From positions 1-37,363 of the IMG/VR virus record IMGVR_UViG_3300030708_003795: a DNA stretch of 37,363 nt. The stretch is one strand, 5' to 3'. The notes beneath the pieces were generated by a model that saw only the letters and a list, made by a program, of their open reading frames with translations, did not search any database and had not been told where the DNA came from. The position numbers and the translations under genes are program-made. Positions 7,572 to 16,673 of the stretch are shown in pieces. The stretch comes from a virus. Its lineage: Duplodnaviria; Caudoviricetes. Position 1 is the first letter of the stretch. Every line of letters starts with the position of its first letter.

Positions 7572-7865
7572 CTAAAAGACTCGGGCCATTCCCGTAACCC
7601 CGTATTGTGCATTCTTTTGGATTTTGTAAGAAACGTGCCAGAACTTTTTTCGTTCTTCTGGGTCGCTGATCTTTTCAGCAGCTTCTGCTCTGACTCGGTT
7701 GTACGCCTGGCCCATATGCCGGCCAATCAAAGTTTGTTTGCCGTCAGGTTCCAGGAAAAAGTATCGGGTGGGTCGCTCGCTCATTACCAAATGATCTTTG
7801 GCAACGCTACTTAGGACTCGAATCGTTCGAGTCACCTCCCTTGCGGAGAATTCCCTTGGTCTCAT
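7572..7865 (-). CDS. Hypothetical protein (97 aa)
   Basis: AAGGGC purine tract upstream; fits operon tiling. Confidence 0.6.
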   Translation of the reverse strand: MRPREFSAREVTRTIRVLSSVAKDHLVMSERPTRYFFLEPDGKQTLIGRHMGQAYNRVRAEAAEKISDPEERKKFWHVSYKIQKNAQYGVTGMARVF

Positions 7866-8193
7866 TTTTGCCCTTCCTTTTCTTAGCTGACTCTCTCAAA
7901 GTCGCTTTCTTGAGTATCGACGCGGCACTCTCTCTTTTTAACTCTTCAATGCTCACCACCACGCCTTTCGGTATAGCAGTGGTGCCTCCCAGCGTTCGGT
8001 CCTGAGTCGCAGAATCTGCCAGAATCAAGGTGTCTTTTGTGTCGAGGATGATCCAACCGACCGTTACGCAACGAATCGGTTGGATCTCCTCAAGCACTTC
8101 CTCGTAGCTCCCGACCCAATCAGCCCTAGCCGTTATGTCTTTCCAAACGACCAGCACCAAGCGGTTTAGGGACTTATTAACCCCCGAGGCCAA
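7807..8193 (-). CDS. Conserved phage protein of unknown function (V.W.D....W....C.TVGW....IP.G.V pattern)
   Basis: LVLVVWKDI...W...CVTVGWI...LILA...IPKGVVVSIEEL matches a pattern I recall from many environmental phages. Confidence 0.7.
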   Translation of the reverse strand: MASGVNKSLNRLVLVVWKDITARADWVGSYEEVLEEIQPIRCVTVGWIILDTKDTLILADSATQDRTLGGTTAIPKGVVVSIEELKRESAASILKKATLRESAKKRKGKNETKGILRKGGDSNDSSPK

Positions 8194-8204
8194 AACAACG
8201 TACC

Positions 8205-8441
8205 TTATTTTTTCTCAGGAGGGGAGGACAATTTTCGCTTGGCTGTCCACCAGGTCGCCACAGCCGTCACAACGGCCACAGCGGCCTCGCTCCAGGGAGT
8301 GGGGATCAGGGGCCTCGCCACCTGCACAGCGTCCTCTGCGGTGCTGGAGGAGCCTTCTCCACGGTAAAAGAGGGTGTCTGAGATATCTGTCAGAGTCTCA
8401 CAGCCCACCAAAAGCAACATTATCAGAACCAGGTATTTCAT
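8205..8441 (-). CDS. Lipoprotein with C-terminal hydrophobic segment; candidate spanin
   Basis: MKYLVLIMLLLVG|C lipobox; C-terminal AAVAVVTAVATWW followed by KRK. Confidence 0.7.
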   Translation of the reverse strand: MKYLVLIMLLLVGCETLTDISDTLFYRGEGSSSTAEDAVQVARPLIPTPWSEAAVAVVTAVATWWTAKRKLSSPPEKK

Positions 8442-8728
8442 TTCCTGATCTCCTCTCGAAGCCTTCTGACTTCCTTCAGGGTTTCCTCTGAATCCTTCCT
8501 GTTCTCCTTCAGCTCGTGATGCATCAGGTTCAGGACTTGATTTAAATTGTTGATCGCATGACTCACTTTGCGAATCTCAACTTCTAAACGTGTAATTGTT
8601 TTGTTGGTATCCAAAGCAACATGGCCATTGCCGTTTTTTGATTTTCCCACGAAGGCGAACACTTCCCGCAAAATGAGTATTGTCAGAGCTATCGCACCCA
8701 GGCCGCCTGTCCATTCAAGATTTTCCAT
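8438..8728 (-). CDS. Single-TM coiled-coil protein; candidate holin or i-spanin
   Basis: N-terminal TM (LGAIALTILILREVFAFV) then heptad-rich helix; ATGA-coupled to the lipoprotein; at end of virion operon. Confidence 0.6.
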   Translation of the reverse strand: MENLEWTGGLGAIALTILILREVFAFVGKSKNGNGHVALDTNKTITRLEVEIRKVSHAINNLNQVLNLMHHELKENRKDSEETLKEVRRLREEIRK

Positions 8729-8732
8729 CGCA

Positions 8733-11700
8733 TTAGAGTCCTTGCAGGTTATCTCTGATTCGTTGCTGCAAGGGGCGGATCGCTTGCATGGGTTCGTAAT
8801 TAAACTTTGAGGGGTTTTGTCTGTATTCCAACAGACTTGGGGCTATATCCAATCCCAAGCGGATAACGTGGAGGTTCTGGAACCACAACATTCTCCGGCT
8901 GGCATTGTAGTCACCTTCAGTAAAGGGTTCTCCGTGCAAGACTTTATCGACAGTGGCACCAGCTACTGCCGTTATATCGTTGATAAATCCGGCGGTAGGG
9001 CCGAGGACGGTATCGACCCTGGACCTGGCTTGCATACGAGTCAAAGCTCCGGTGCCTGTCAAAGTTGACACTCCGAAGCCAGTCATTCTTTCGAGGATTG
9101 CGTTTCCTTGGGAAATCCAACCTAGCGTACCTCCCCGGTCGATACCCTCGACAATCGACTTTTTCCACCAGGGCACTCTTGTAACAATTTTTCCACTTCG
9201 GTCTTTTTTGACTTCGTCTTCAAATGGATCCTTTCCAGAAAGAGCCTGACGCAACCAGTAAGAAGCAGCCCCTAAAGTGCTGGTTCCTACAAACATGAGA
9301 GCTTGGTTCATATCTCCCATAGCAAACTTCTGCATCATAGGAAGCAATACCTGGTTTGTAGCCGCCATTGAGAAAGACCCGAACTGGCCAGCCAAGCGAC
9401 CAAACTCTGTATCCGTCATCCAACGAGGCAAGTCGCCGGCACCTGGAGTGACAATTGTTTGATTTGTTTTCTGAAAGATAAAGCGATCCAGGGCAAGTCG
9501 GTCGGTGTTTGCTTGGTTTTCGTCAATCGCCCCTGTAGGTGACCACTTCTTAGATCCTGAGAAGTAAAAATTTGAACCTGTTAAAGTTTTTTCAGATCGA
9601 CCGTAGGCCTCTTGCAGTATCGACCAGCGCACTAGCTGATCTTCTTGCAATCCTGACCCTTCAAGAAACATTTTCTCAGATCGCTTAAGCTTTTTATTAT
9701 TACGAACTTTGTTCGCAATGTGGAAGATTCGACTTTCAATGGCCATTGCATTGATGTCTTTCATCATTCCATTCCACAAATTAAGACCCAAAAAGTCGCC
9801 AAACTTTTCAGAACCTATAGCAGACGCTCTCTCAAAAGCAGTATCTCGATCTGGGTCTAATGGATCTAGTCCACCAATCCTTCTGTTTCTTTCTCCGCCC
9901 AGCACAGCTTCTGCTGCATACAAATACTCGGAAGCATCTGCCCGGAATTCTGTAGTAGGCTTACCTAACAATTTGCGAATCGGCTCTGTCAGATACCTGG
10001 CCAGTGATCGCATATAAGTAGGCAAAGTAACCATGCCCACTCCGACAGCCAAGTCGGGAATGCTCGAAATCAGGAATCCACCACCTAGTCGAAGGTAGTT
10101 CCAATCACGGACAGTCTTTCCAACTCGACCGCCTTTTTCTCCAGGTGGTTTCTGGTTTCTCATTCTGTTAAAGATTGCAGCGAGGTCATCGAGGTCACGT
10201 TCTCGCTTCTTTGCTAGTTTTTCTTTTTCCCGCTGCTTCTTCTTAAACTTTAATTGCTCATCGTAATCTCTGTTGACCTGGACTTTTAACTGCTCTGAGC
10301 TGTTATTGATTTGGAATGCCAGCCTTCTTGAATCGCTGACAGCTGCAAGGATTCTTGCTTTATTATTACTTAGAAGGCTTCTCAACTGTTGCACTTCAGT
10401 AACGCCTTGAAGAGCAACCGTGTTAGCCCCAAACTTCGTTTCTTCGTAATCAAATTTTATGTCTGATTTAGACTCAGGGCCTCGTTGAGCGTTATTTGCG
10501 TATTCGTTGATTCCGTCCCTGGTTGTAGACAGTTTCTTGTTTAGTTTGTTTGTTTCTTTCCGGAGGGTCTTAACTTTCATTTCCAGTACTTCGATATCCA
10601 GTTCCATATCAGGGATTCTGGTATCGTTTGGATTTGAAGCCCGGACTGCGTCGAAATCGCTGACAAGAAGCCGCAACTCTTCTGCTTTTTTGTTTAAGGC
10701 AGATTCACTGGCTCGCCATTCTCTTCTTTGTCTTTTAAGAAGTTGAACCCGATTGTTCAGTTGCTCCTGAAGTTCAGCCTGGCTTGTGATTTTCCCGAAT
10801 GCTTCAAGCTCCCTATTCAACCTGAGGGCCACTTGCAGTTTCAGGTGAGACGCATCGTCCAGGATTTCTTCTAGTTCCAAGCGAACCTGGAGAATATCGT
10901 CAAATGAGACGTTGGGATCTTGGTTCATTTGCTCAAGTTTTTTAGTCGTCGCGGTGTACTTTGCTTGCAATCCAGGGTTAAGCCTAAATCCATCCATCAT
11001 GTTGTCCATTTGAGCGGCTGCCATGACTTGGGGAAGGATAACCCTGACTTGTTGCTGCTGAAGTTTCTTCACATCATTTTCAATAAAACCCGCTAAGAAC
11101 CGATCTTCAACTTCTAGCACTCGATTTCTCAAGCTGTTGGTTTGTCGAAATGCATCGCCGTCATCTGTGAGATTGTCTGCTATGTGGATGCGAATCTTGT
11201 TTGCTAGTTTCTGCCACTCAGCTTTGTTCCCTAACTGCTCAATTAGGGTTTGATACTCAGCGATTTGATTGTTCAGGTAGTCAGCATCGAATTGAACCGC
11301 AGCTCTTTGAGGGTCGTCTGGTTCCATACCCAGAAGTTGCATTTCGATTCTCTCAAGATCTCCTCGAAGGTCAGATTGCTCAGACTCAAGATCTGGCAGC
11401 AAAGTCCTCTGCTTATGTTCCAGAGCTTTAAAAACTCCAGATTCAAATGCCTCTCTGTTGGTATCAATCTTGGCTTGTTTGTATCTTCTTTGGAGGTAGT
11501 TTCTGATTAAAGATTCGTCCAACTCTTCAGCCGTAAATGCTCCAGACTCAATGGCTGTTTTCCTGATTGCGTCAGAAAACTTCCTGTTGATATCTGCAAC
11601 TTGTTTTACTACGTCAATTTCAGCCTGGTTAAGAACTCTTCTTTGACCATCCCGAACAACGGTAAATGGATTTACCTCAATCAGCTCACCAGTAGCTTCG

Positions 11701-12983
11701 TCTACCAGAAATTCTAATCCAGGATTCTCAATGTCAACTTCGTCGCCTCGGACTGCTGCTTTACCTGCCATTTCCAGTATCTCGGATTTTGTAAGGCTTT
11801 GCCTGTCTACAACATTTAAGGCTGATCTTGTTACATTGCTGTCTGAAATCACCTCGTCGATTCTGTGCTGGACTCGCATTGCCGCAGTTTCTGCAAGCAT
11901 CAGCACTGACTCCACCGACTGACGGTCTACGGTGTTTTGCCGAACAATCGCCGGCTTCACCAGAACATCCAGCGCAGTCCTGGCAAACTGAGACTCTGAA
12001 CGAGCCAGATTCATAGTTGGATTCAGGAACATAAACCGAGTCAGCATTCGACCGAAGAAGTTATCTTTTGTTGATCCAATAACACGAGCAAGTTCTGGAT
12101 TGATTTCCTTGGTTATTTCCAGAAGGATTCCTTGAGCTTCTTCTGGCACTTCTGCCAATGCAGCAAATCCCTGGTCACTTTCAATAAAATCGTCGATTCT
12201 TTTACCCAGGTCAGGATTGTTCTGAATCACCCCTCTAACAGAGTTGGGGTCTAGTACGTCTTCTGCGGAATCGGCACCAATCAATGCTCGGTTCATCGCT
12301 ACGCGGCCAGAACTCATAGATCCCGCCACAGAACCAAACCCAAAGCCCAGGACTGCTCCACCTACCAAATCACGCAAAAACTCGTCCTCTGAGCGAGTCA
12401 GTTGTCCAGCTTGCAGGAAAGGCTCTGCAAGGCTCAGAGCGGCCACATTCTCTGCCGCACCCACTGCACCTACCGCAAGGGGCCGGGAAGCCAGAGAGGC
12501 GGCCTTTGCGGCCCTGAGGGCACCTCCGAGAGCGATGTAGTTAATCGGGTCGGAAAGCCCAGCAAAAAGGCCGGCAGATAACGCAGTTCCCGGGCCAGCA
12601 TTCTCAATTATCCTACGGTCATTATGCTCTGACAAAACTCGGTCTATTTTGAGCTTTGCCTCCAGGGCACTGCCAGAAGTGTTGATGGAAGCGAAGACGC
12701 TGGGGTACACCTCTTTAATCCAGCTGTTGGCCTGGATCAGCGGGTCAGCAGTAGGATCGTATGAGGGATCTTCGACAGTCATGCTGTCGTCCATTGCCAA
12801 CATTGCATTGCGAAACGTGTTGGTTTGTCGGAAGAAAGCACCAGCAGTTTCCATGAAGCCACTCGTGATAGGGGCATCTGGAATATCTACCTGATCGTAC
12901 AAAAGACTTTGAAACTCCAACGCCTGAGCTTGAGGCGACAGACTTCCATAGTTTTTCATAAAGATTTCTTGCTGATTGTTCAA
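8733..12983 (-). CDS. Large internal virion (ejection) protein, T7 gp16-like position (1416 aa)
   Basis: Size, position, helical composition; C-terminal L.GQF.SF.MA and LGPT.G segments typical of this class. Confidence 0.75.
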   Translation of the reverse strand: MNNQQEIFMKNYGSLSPQAQALEFQSLLYDQVDIPDAPITSGFMETAGAFFRQTNTFRNAMLAMDDSMTVEDPSYDPTADPLIQANSWIKEVYPSVFASINTSGSALEAKLKIDRVLSEHNDRRIIENAGPGTALSAGLFAGLSDPINYIALGGALRAAKAASLASRPLAVGAVGAAENVAALSLAEPFLQAGQLTRSEDEFLRDLVGGAVLGFGFGSVAGSMSSGRVAMNRALIGADSAEDVLDPNSVRGVIQNNPDLGKRIDDFIESDQGFAALAEVPEEAQGILLEITKEINPELARVIGSTKDNFFGRMLTRFMFLNPTMNLARSESQFARTALDVLVKPAIVRQNTVDRQSVESVLMLAETAAMRVQHRIDEVISDSNVTRSALNVVDRQSLTKSEILEMAGKAAVRGDEVDIENPGLEFLVDEATGELIEVNPFTVVRDGQRRVLNQAEIDVVKQVADINRKFSDAIRKTAIESGAFTAEELDESLIRNYLQRRYKQAKIDTNREAFESGVFKALEHKQRTLLPDLESEQSDLRGDLERIEMQLLGMEPDDPQRAAVQFDADYLNNQIAEYQTLIEQLGNKAEWQKLANKIRIHIADNLTDDGDAFRQTNSLRNRVLEVEDRFLAGFIENDVKKLQQQQVRVILPQVMAAAQMDNMMDGFRLNPGLQAKYTATTKKLEQMNQDPNVSFDDILQVRLELEEILDDASHLKLQVALRLNRELEAFGKITSQAELQEQLNNRVQLLKRQRREWRASESALNKKAEELRLLVSDFDAVRASNPNDTRIPDMELDIEVLEMKVKTLRKETNKLNKKLSTTRDGINEYANNAQRGPESKSDIKFDYEETKFGANTVALQGVTEVQQLRSLLSNNKARILAAVSDSRRLAFQINNSSEQLKVQVNRDYDEQLKFKKKQREKEKLAKKRERDLDDLAAIFNRMRNQKPPGEKGGRVGKTVRDWNYLRLGGGFLISSIPDLAVGVGMVTLPTYMRSLARYLTEPIRKLLGKPTTEFRADASEYLYAAEAVLGGERNRRIGGLDPLDPDRDTAFERASAIGSEKFGDFLGLNLWNGMMKDINAMAIESRIFHIANKVRNNKKLKRSEKMFLEGSGLQEDQLVRWSILQEAYGRSEKTLTGSNFYFSGSKKWSPTGAIDENQANTDRLALDRFIFQKTNQTIVTPGAGDLPRWMTDTEFGRLAGQFGSFSMAATNQVLLPMMQKFAMGDMNQALMFVGTSTLGAASYWLRQALSGKDPFEDEVKKDRSGKIVTRVPWWKKSIVEGIDRGGTLGWISQGNAILERMTGFGVSTLTGTGALTRMQARSRVDTVLGPTAGFINDITAVAGATVDKVLHGEPFTEGDYNASRRMLWFQNLHVIRLGLDIAPSLLEYRQNPSKFNYEPMQAIRPLQQRIRDNLQGL

Positions 12984-15900
12984 TTTCTACCTGCTTCGTA
13001 CATGGCTTGCATTAACTCGCAGACACGGAAGAACTGCTTATTGGTCAAACCCGTAATGAATGAGGCTGAGTTTCCAGGCATCCCACGGGAAAGACCTATT
13101 TTCAGGGCAGCCAAACTGGCATTCGGGTCCATTCCGTCTGCTCGATCCACCTGGACCTTTCCCCATCGCTGATTCATCCAGCCAGACTTTCTGGCTCCAG
13201 TGGGCTTGGAAAGTGGTCCCAGGTCAAAGAGGTTCTTCTGATCGGTGGGAGTCATGCCCTTAAACAAGATCGACGCGATTTCTTCAGTCGCCTGTTTGGT
13301 ATTTTTTGACAAGGTGGATTGAACCACCCTTACGTCTTCTGTGTATCCTTGAGGGTAATACCTGCCAGACTGACGAGGCATAATCGGAAACTGTTGTTCT
13401 TTTTCCCAAATGGCAATGTTCTTTGCCATCTCTTCTCTGTTTTGCGGGTTTTCGATTTCCATTTGTAAAGGAATCAAACCTATCTGGCTAATGTCTACTT
13501 CATTGACCTGGTAGATTTGATCGATTATCCGCTCTTCTATGCTTGGCAAAGGCTCAATTATCTCCCTGCCGTACAATGGCATGGCTTTTTGCCGCACTTC
13601 TTTTTCGTCTGGCAAGTCTGTGTACGCATGAATAAAGTCATCGTAAGACTCCACCAATGGGCTGACTTTACCTGCATTTATAAGGCGTTTAGCCAAGCTA
13701 GGATCTTTGGCCAATTCCAATTCAAATTCATTCCTGAGAATGTCTGTGGCAATTGAAGCGACAACATTTTCATAAGACCTAATGAAAGGCAAAGATCTCA
13801 TAGCACCTGGAACCCGCATTCTCATTACACTTTTGAGTTCTTTGAATGCTTTCTGGATTCCTGGGTCCATGCTTAAACCAGATGACAATTCGATTGCTTC
13901 AAAATCTTCATTGTTCATTTGCTTGGAAACAGAAGTCAGTATTTCGGAAAATCGCTCTCTGTATTCAGGATCGTTCATAAACACAGGAAGCGTGACCGGA
14001 GGTTCAGCCAAATTCTCTAGCATTCTTTGTACTAGTCGAGGATTCATAATATGTCGAAAGTTGTCAGTAAAATCTCCTTCAGCTAAAGCCGCTTCTATTG
14101 CTGCTTGGGATGCGTCAACACCCATGCCGATAAAACTTGATAACTGAGAAAAGAAATTGCTCACTCCAGAAATCGGGGCACTAGAAATATCTTCAAATAT
14201 CTGCCCAAAGGTATCGACTGCGAACCCAGAGTTTTCAGGGCCAAAGATCTGTTCTGCAAGAAACTCCGTGGCCTCTGCTTCTGTGTCCACATCTGCGCCG
14301 GCATTCAGGGAATCCAGGCTGGACTGAAGAACCTTTAATGGACTTTCACCGTAGTTCAGCTCCAACATGACCGGCTGACCGTCAGAAAGAGTAAATCGGT
14401 AGTTATTTGGCAATGGCATACGAGTGGCAGTAGCCCCGTCAATAAACTCGTCCTGCTGCTCTGAAGTCAGTTGGTTGAATGGAACCGGCTTGTCGCCAAA
14501 GTCAACCGTGGTGTTGTTTCCGACTAGGTAACTTTTGATTTGGCCAGGAATCCAATTTGCGTTAGGGCCGTTTTGCTCATTTGTTCCAGACAATCTTGGA
14601 AGCAAAACCTGAGAACCTGGATCTCCAGCGACTACGAACTTGTTAAGAGCATTTTCCATTGCCAGTTGAGCCACATGACTTACTCGGTTTTCTGGAGCAA
14701 TATTTGGGTTTTGAAAGGTGATATAAGCGTACAGGTCAGTCAGATCCTCTGCTCTGTTCTGGATCATCCCCTTGAATTCTTCAGGCAAAGCTGTCCCAAA
14801 GCGCATTTGATACAAGGGACCAATCTTTGAAACAATTTCGTTACTGATTTCCTGCGATTCTTCTTTGCTAAATGGTGTTTTTTCTTTGTCAGGCAACTGC
14901 ATATAATCAATTGCCTCCAATGGATTAAAACCACTTTCTCTTAAAGACTGATATTCTACCCGTTTGCCATTTTGAGCTTCACTTAATGATTCTTCACCAG
15001 AATAGTTTATGTGCCCGTTTGGGTAATACTGGTAAATTGATTCCATAACTTCAAGGTCGTAGGCATCAATGCCTTGTTTCATTCGTTCGACTAAAAGATC
15101 TGGAATGCCTCCAAAATTTTCCGTAAACATTTGAAAGTTGGCTCTATTCGGATCAGCAAGAACCTGGTTCGCTATTTTATTGCTTGCAATCAAACTGAGG
15201 ATTGAGTCTCGTTGAGCTTTGGAGTAACGGCGAGGTTGAATCGCTCCACCCTGGGACAAGCCAACCACATCGTTCATCATTTTGGCAACTTCTGAACCAG
15301 CAGCGTCCATCCGTTGTTGATTTTTGTATGAGTTTTCTAAAGACTGTCTTAATTCACGAACTTCAAAACCATATTCCTTTTCCAGATTCTTCAAAGTAGT
15401 CTCAAGAAGGGTTCTTCTTTTTTCTCTGTCTTGATCTGAACCAGGCGTAAATGAAGCAACACCATTCTTTATTTCGATTTCCCCTGAATTTAAGGAAGAA
15501 ATTTCAGTATTAAAAGACCCAGAGATTTTCATGGGATTTACGCTAGACTTCATTTGATTCAACATGGACCCAGGTAGACCCTGCAAGGCTCCGTTAGGGT
15601 CATACAAATCGTTCAGATACTCCATTGGTCCTGTTGACCCAGTGTATGAATTGGCAATCCCGGAGATCGAGAGTTGCTGCCAGTTCTGCAATTCTCCTGG
15701 ATTCAGAGATCCTTTTGCAACACGAGAAGTCAGGAACTCAAAATCTTTAACCACCTGAACCGATGCGTCTAAACCAGAATAACCTGTGTTTGCACGGCTA
15801 ATGGCTCCAGAAACCTGGCCTTTTTCGTACTGGTCCATGAAGTCTTCTATGGACAAGTCCAGGTTATCTCGCATCGATTTCGTAGCATTTGCTATTTGCG

Positions 15901-16267
15901 GCTGAAGTCTTTTCTTGGTCAGAACAGATGTGCCTTCAAGCTGCGCTTCAGAAAAAGACGCAATATCGTCAATGTAGTTTTCTACAAGACCTCTGACATC
16001 TGCTGGATCAGCTTCATTAAATCCCAACTCGTGAATCTGTTCTGAAAGATTCTTAGAAGCACGTTTCTCATATCCTTTAAGTTCAGTGGCAATCTGCTCG
16101 GCTTCTAGTTTGGATTCTCGATCTGCATACTTGCCGACTTCCTGGATGCCAATGTTGACCAATGCCCCAAACGTGCGAGCCACCTGGCCGGCTTCACTGG
16201 CAGGAAGCAGGCTTCTCCGCTGGGTAGCGGCTTGACTAATCGGACTACGAGGAATGTTGATTGCCAT
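12980..16267 (-). CDS. Internal virion (ejection) protein, T7 gp15-like position (1095 aa)
   Basis: Position between gp14-like and gp16-like genes; MAINIP start; helical. Confidence 0.7.
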   Translation of the reverse strand: MAINIPRSPISQAATQRRSLLPASEAGQVARTFGALVNIGIQEVGKYADRESKLEAEQIATELKGYEKRASKNLSEQIHELGFNEADPADVRGLVENYIDDIASFSEAQLEGTSVLTKKRLQPQIANATKSMRDNLDLSIEDFMDQYEKGQVSGAISRANTGYSGLDASVQVVKDFEFLTSRVAKGSLNPGELQNWQQLSISGIANSYTGSTGPMEYLNDLYDPNGALQGLPGSMLNQMKSSVNPMKISGSFNTEISSLNSGEIEIKNGVASFTPGSDQDREKRRTLLETTLKNLEKEYGFEVRELRQSLENSYKNQQRMDAAGSEVAKMMNDVVGLSQGGAIQPRRYSKAQRDSILSLIASNKIANQVLADPNRANFQMFTENFGGIPDLLVERMKQGIDAYDLEVMESIYQYYPNGHINYSGEESLSEAQNGKRVEYQSLRESGFNPLEAIDYMQLPDKEKTPFSKEESQEISNEIVSKIGPLYQMRFGTALPEEFKGMIQNRAEDLTDLYAYITFQNPNIAPENRVSHVAQLAMENALNKFVVAGDPGSQVLLPRLSGTNEQNGPNANWIPGQIKSYLVGNNTTVDFGDKPVPFNQLTSEQQDEFIDGATATRMPLPNNYRFTLSDGQPVMLELNYGESPLKVLQSSLDSLNAGADVDTEAEATEFLAEQIFGPENSGFAVDTFGQIFEDISSAPISGVSNFFSQLSSFIGMGVDASQAAIEAALAEGDFTDNFRHIMNPRLVQRMLENLAEPPVTLPVFMNDPEYRERFSEILTSVSKQMNNEDFEAIELSSGLSMDPGIQKAFKELKSVMRMRVPGAMRSLPFIRSYENVVASIATDILRNEFELELAKDPSLAKRLINAGKVSPLVESYDDFIHAYTDLPDEKEVRQKAMPLYGREIIEPLPSIEERIIDQIYQVNEVDISQIGLIPLQMEIENPQNREEMAKNIAIWEKEQQFPIMPRQSGRYYPQGYTEDVRVVQSTLSKNTKQATEEIASILFKGMTPTDQKNLFDLGPLSKPTGARKSGWMNQRWGKVQVDRADGMDPNASLAALKIGLSRGMPGNSASFITGLTNKQFFRVCELMQAMYEAGRN

Positions 16268-16269
16268 TA

Positions 16270-16665
16270 TTAGCCTCCCATTGAACCGGCAACACGCATA
16301 CCCGTGCCCACCGCTTCACCAATCGCAGAGATTCGAGCAATCTTTGCTCTCTGACGATAAGTTCTGGCTTCAGATCTTGCCCCTGCCAGAATTGCTTCTT
16401 GTTCCCGTACAGAATTTGCCAAAGTTTCCAGCATGATTTGCTGAGGGCTTCCGTACCCAATATCGACTCCAGCAGCTCCGTAACCGGCTCTTTGAGTGCC
16501 ACGCATTCTGCCAGCTTTTTCTTGTTCAACTTTGGCTTTTTCACGACCAACACGCTCAGACTCTCTTGCCTGGGCTTCATTGGCTTCTGCTTCCATTTGC
16601 CCTGCGGCAATAGAAGTTCCTGCACTGATCGTCCCCAAAATGGCCATTATGGTAAATGGGTCCAT
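16270..16665 (-). CDS. Small internal virion (ejection) protein, T7 gp14-like
   Basis: MDPFT hydrophobic Gly/Ala N-terminus; GTQRAGYGAAGVD.G.GSP motif. Confidence 0.8.
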   Translation of the reverse strand: MDPFTIMAILGTISAGTSIAAGQMEAEANEAQARESERVGREKAKVEQEKAGRMRGTQRAGYGAAGVDIGYGSPQQIMLETLANSVREQEAILAGARSEARTYRQRAKIARISAIGEAVGTGMRVAGSMGG

Positions 16666-16673
16666 GAGTCCCC

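Noticed and set aside
8255-8285. CACAG-like repeats near 8260
   Set aside because: Explained by Ala/Val codons (AVAVVTAVA) of the minus-strand lipoprotein
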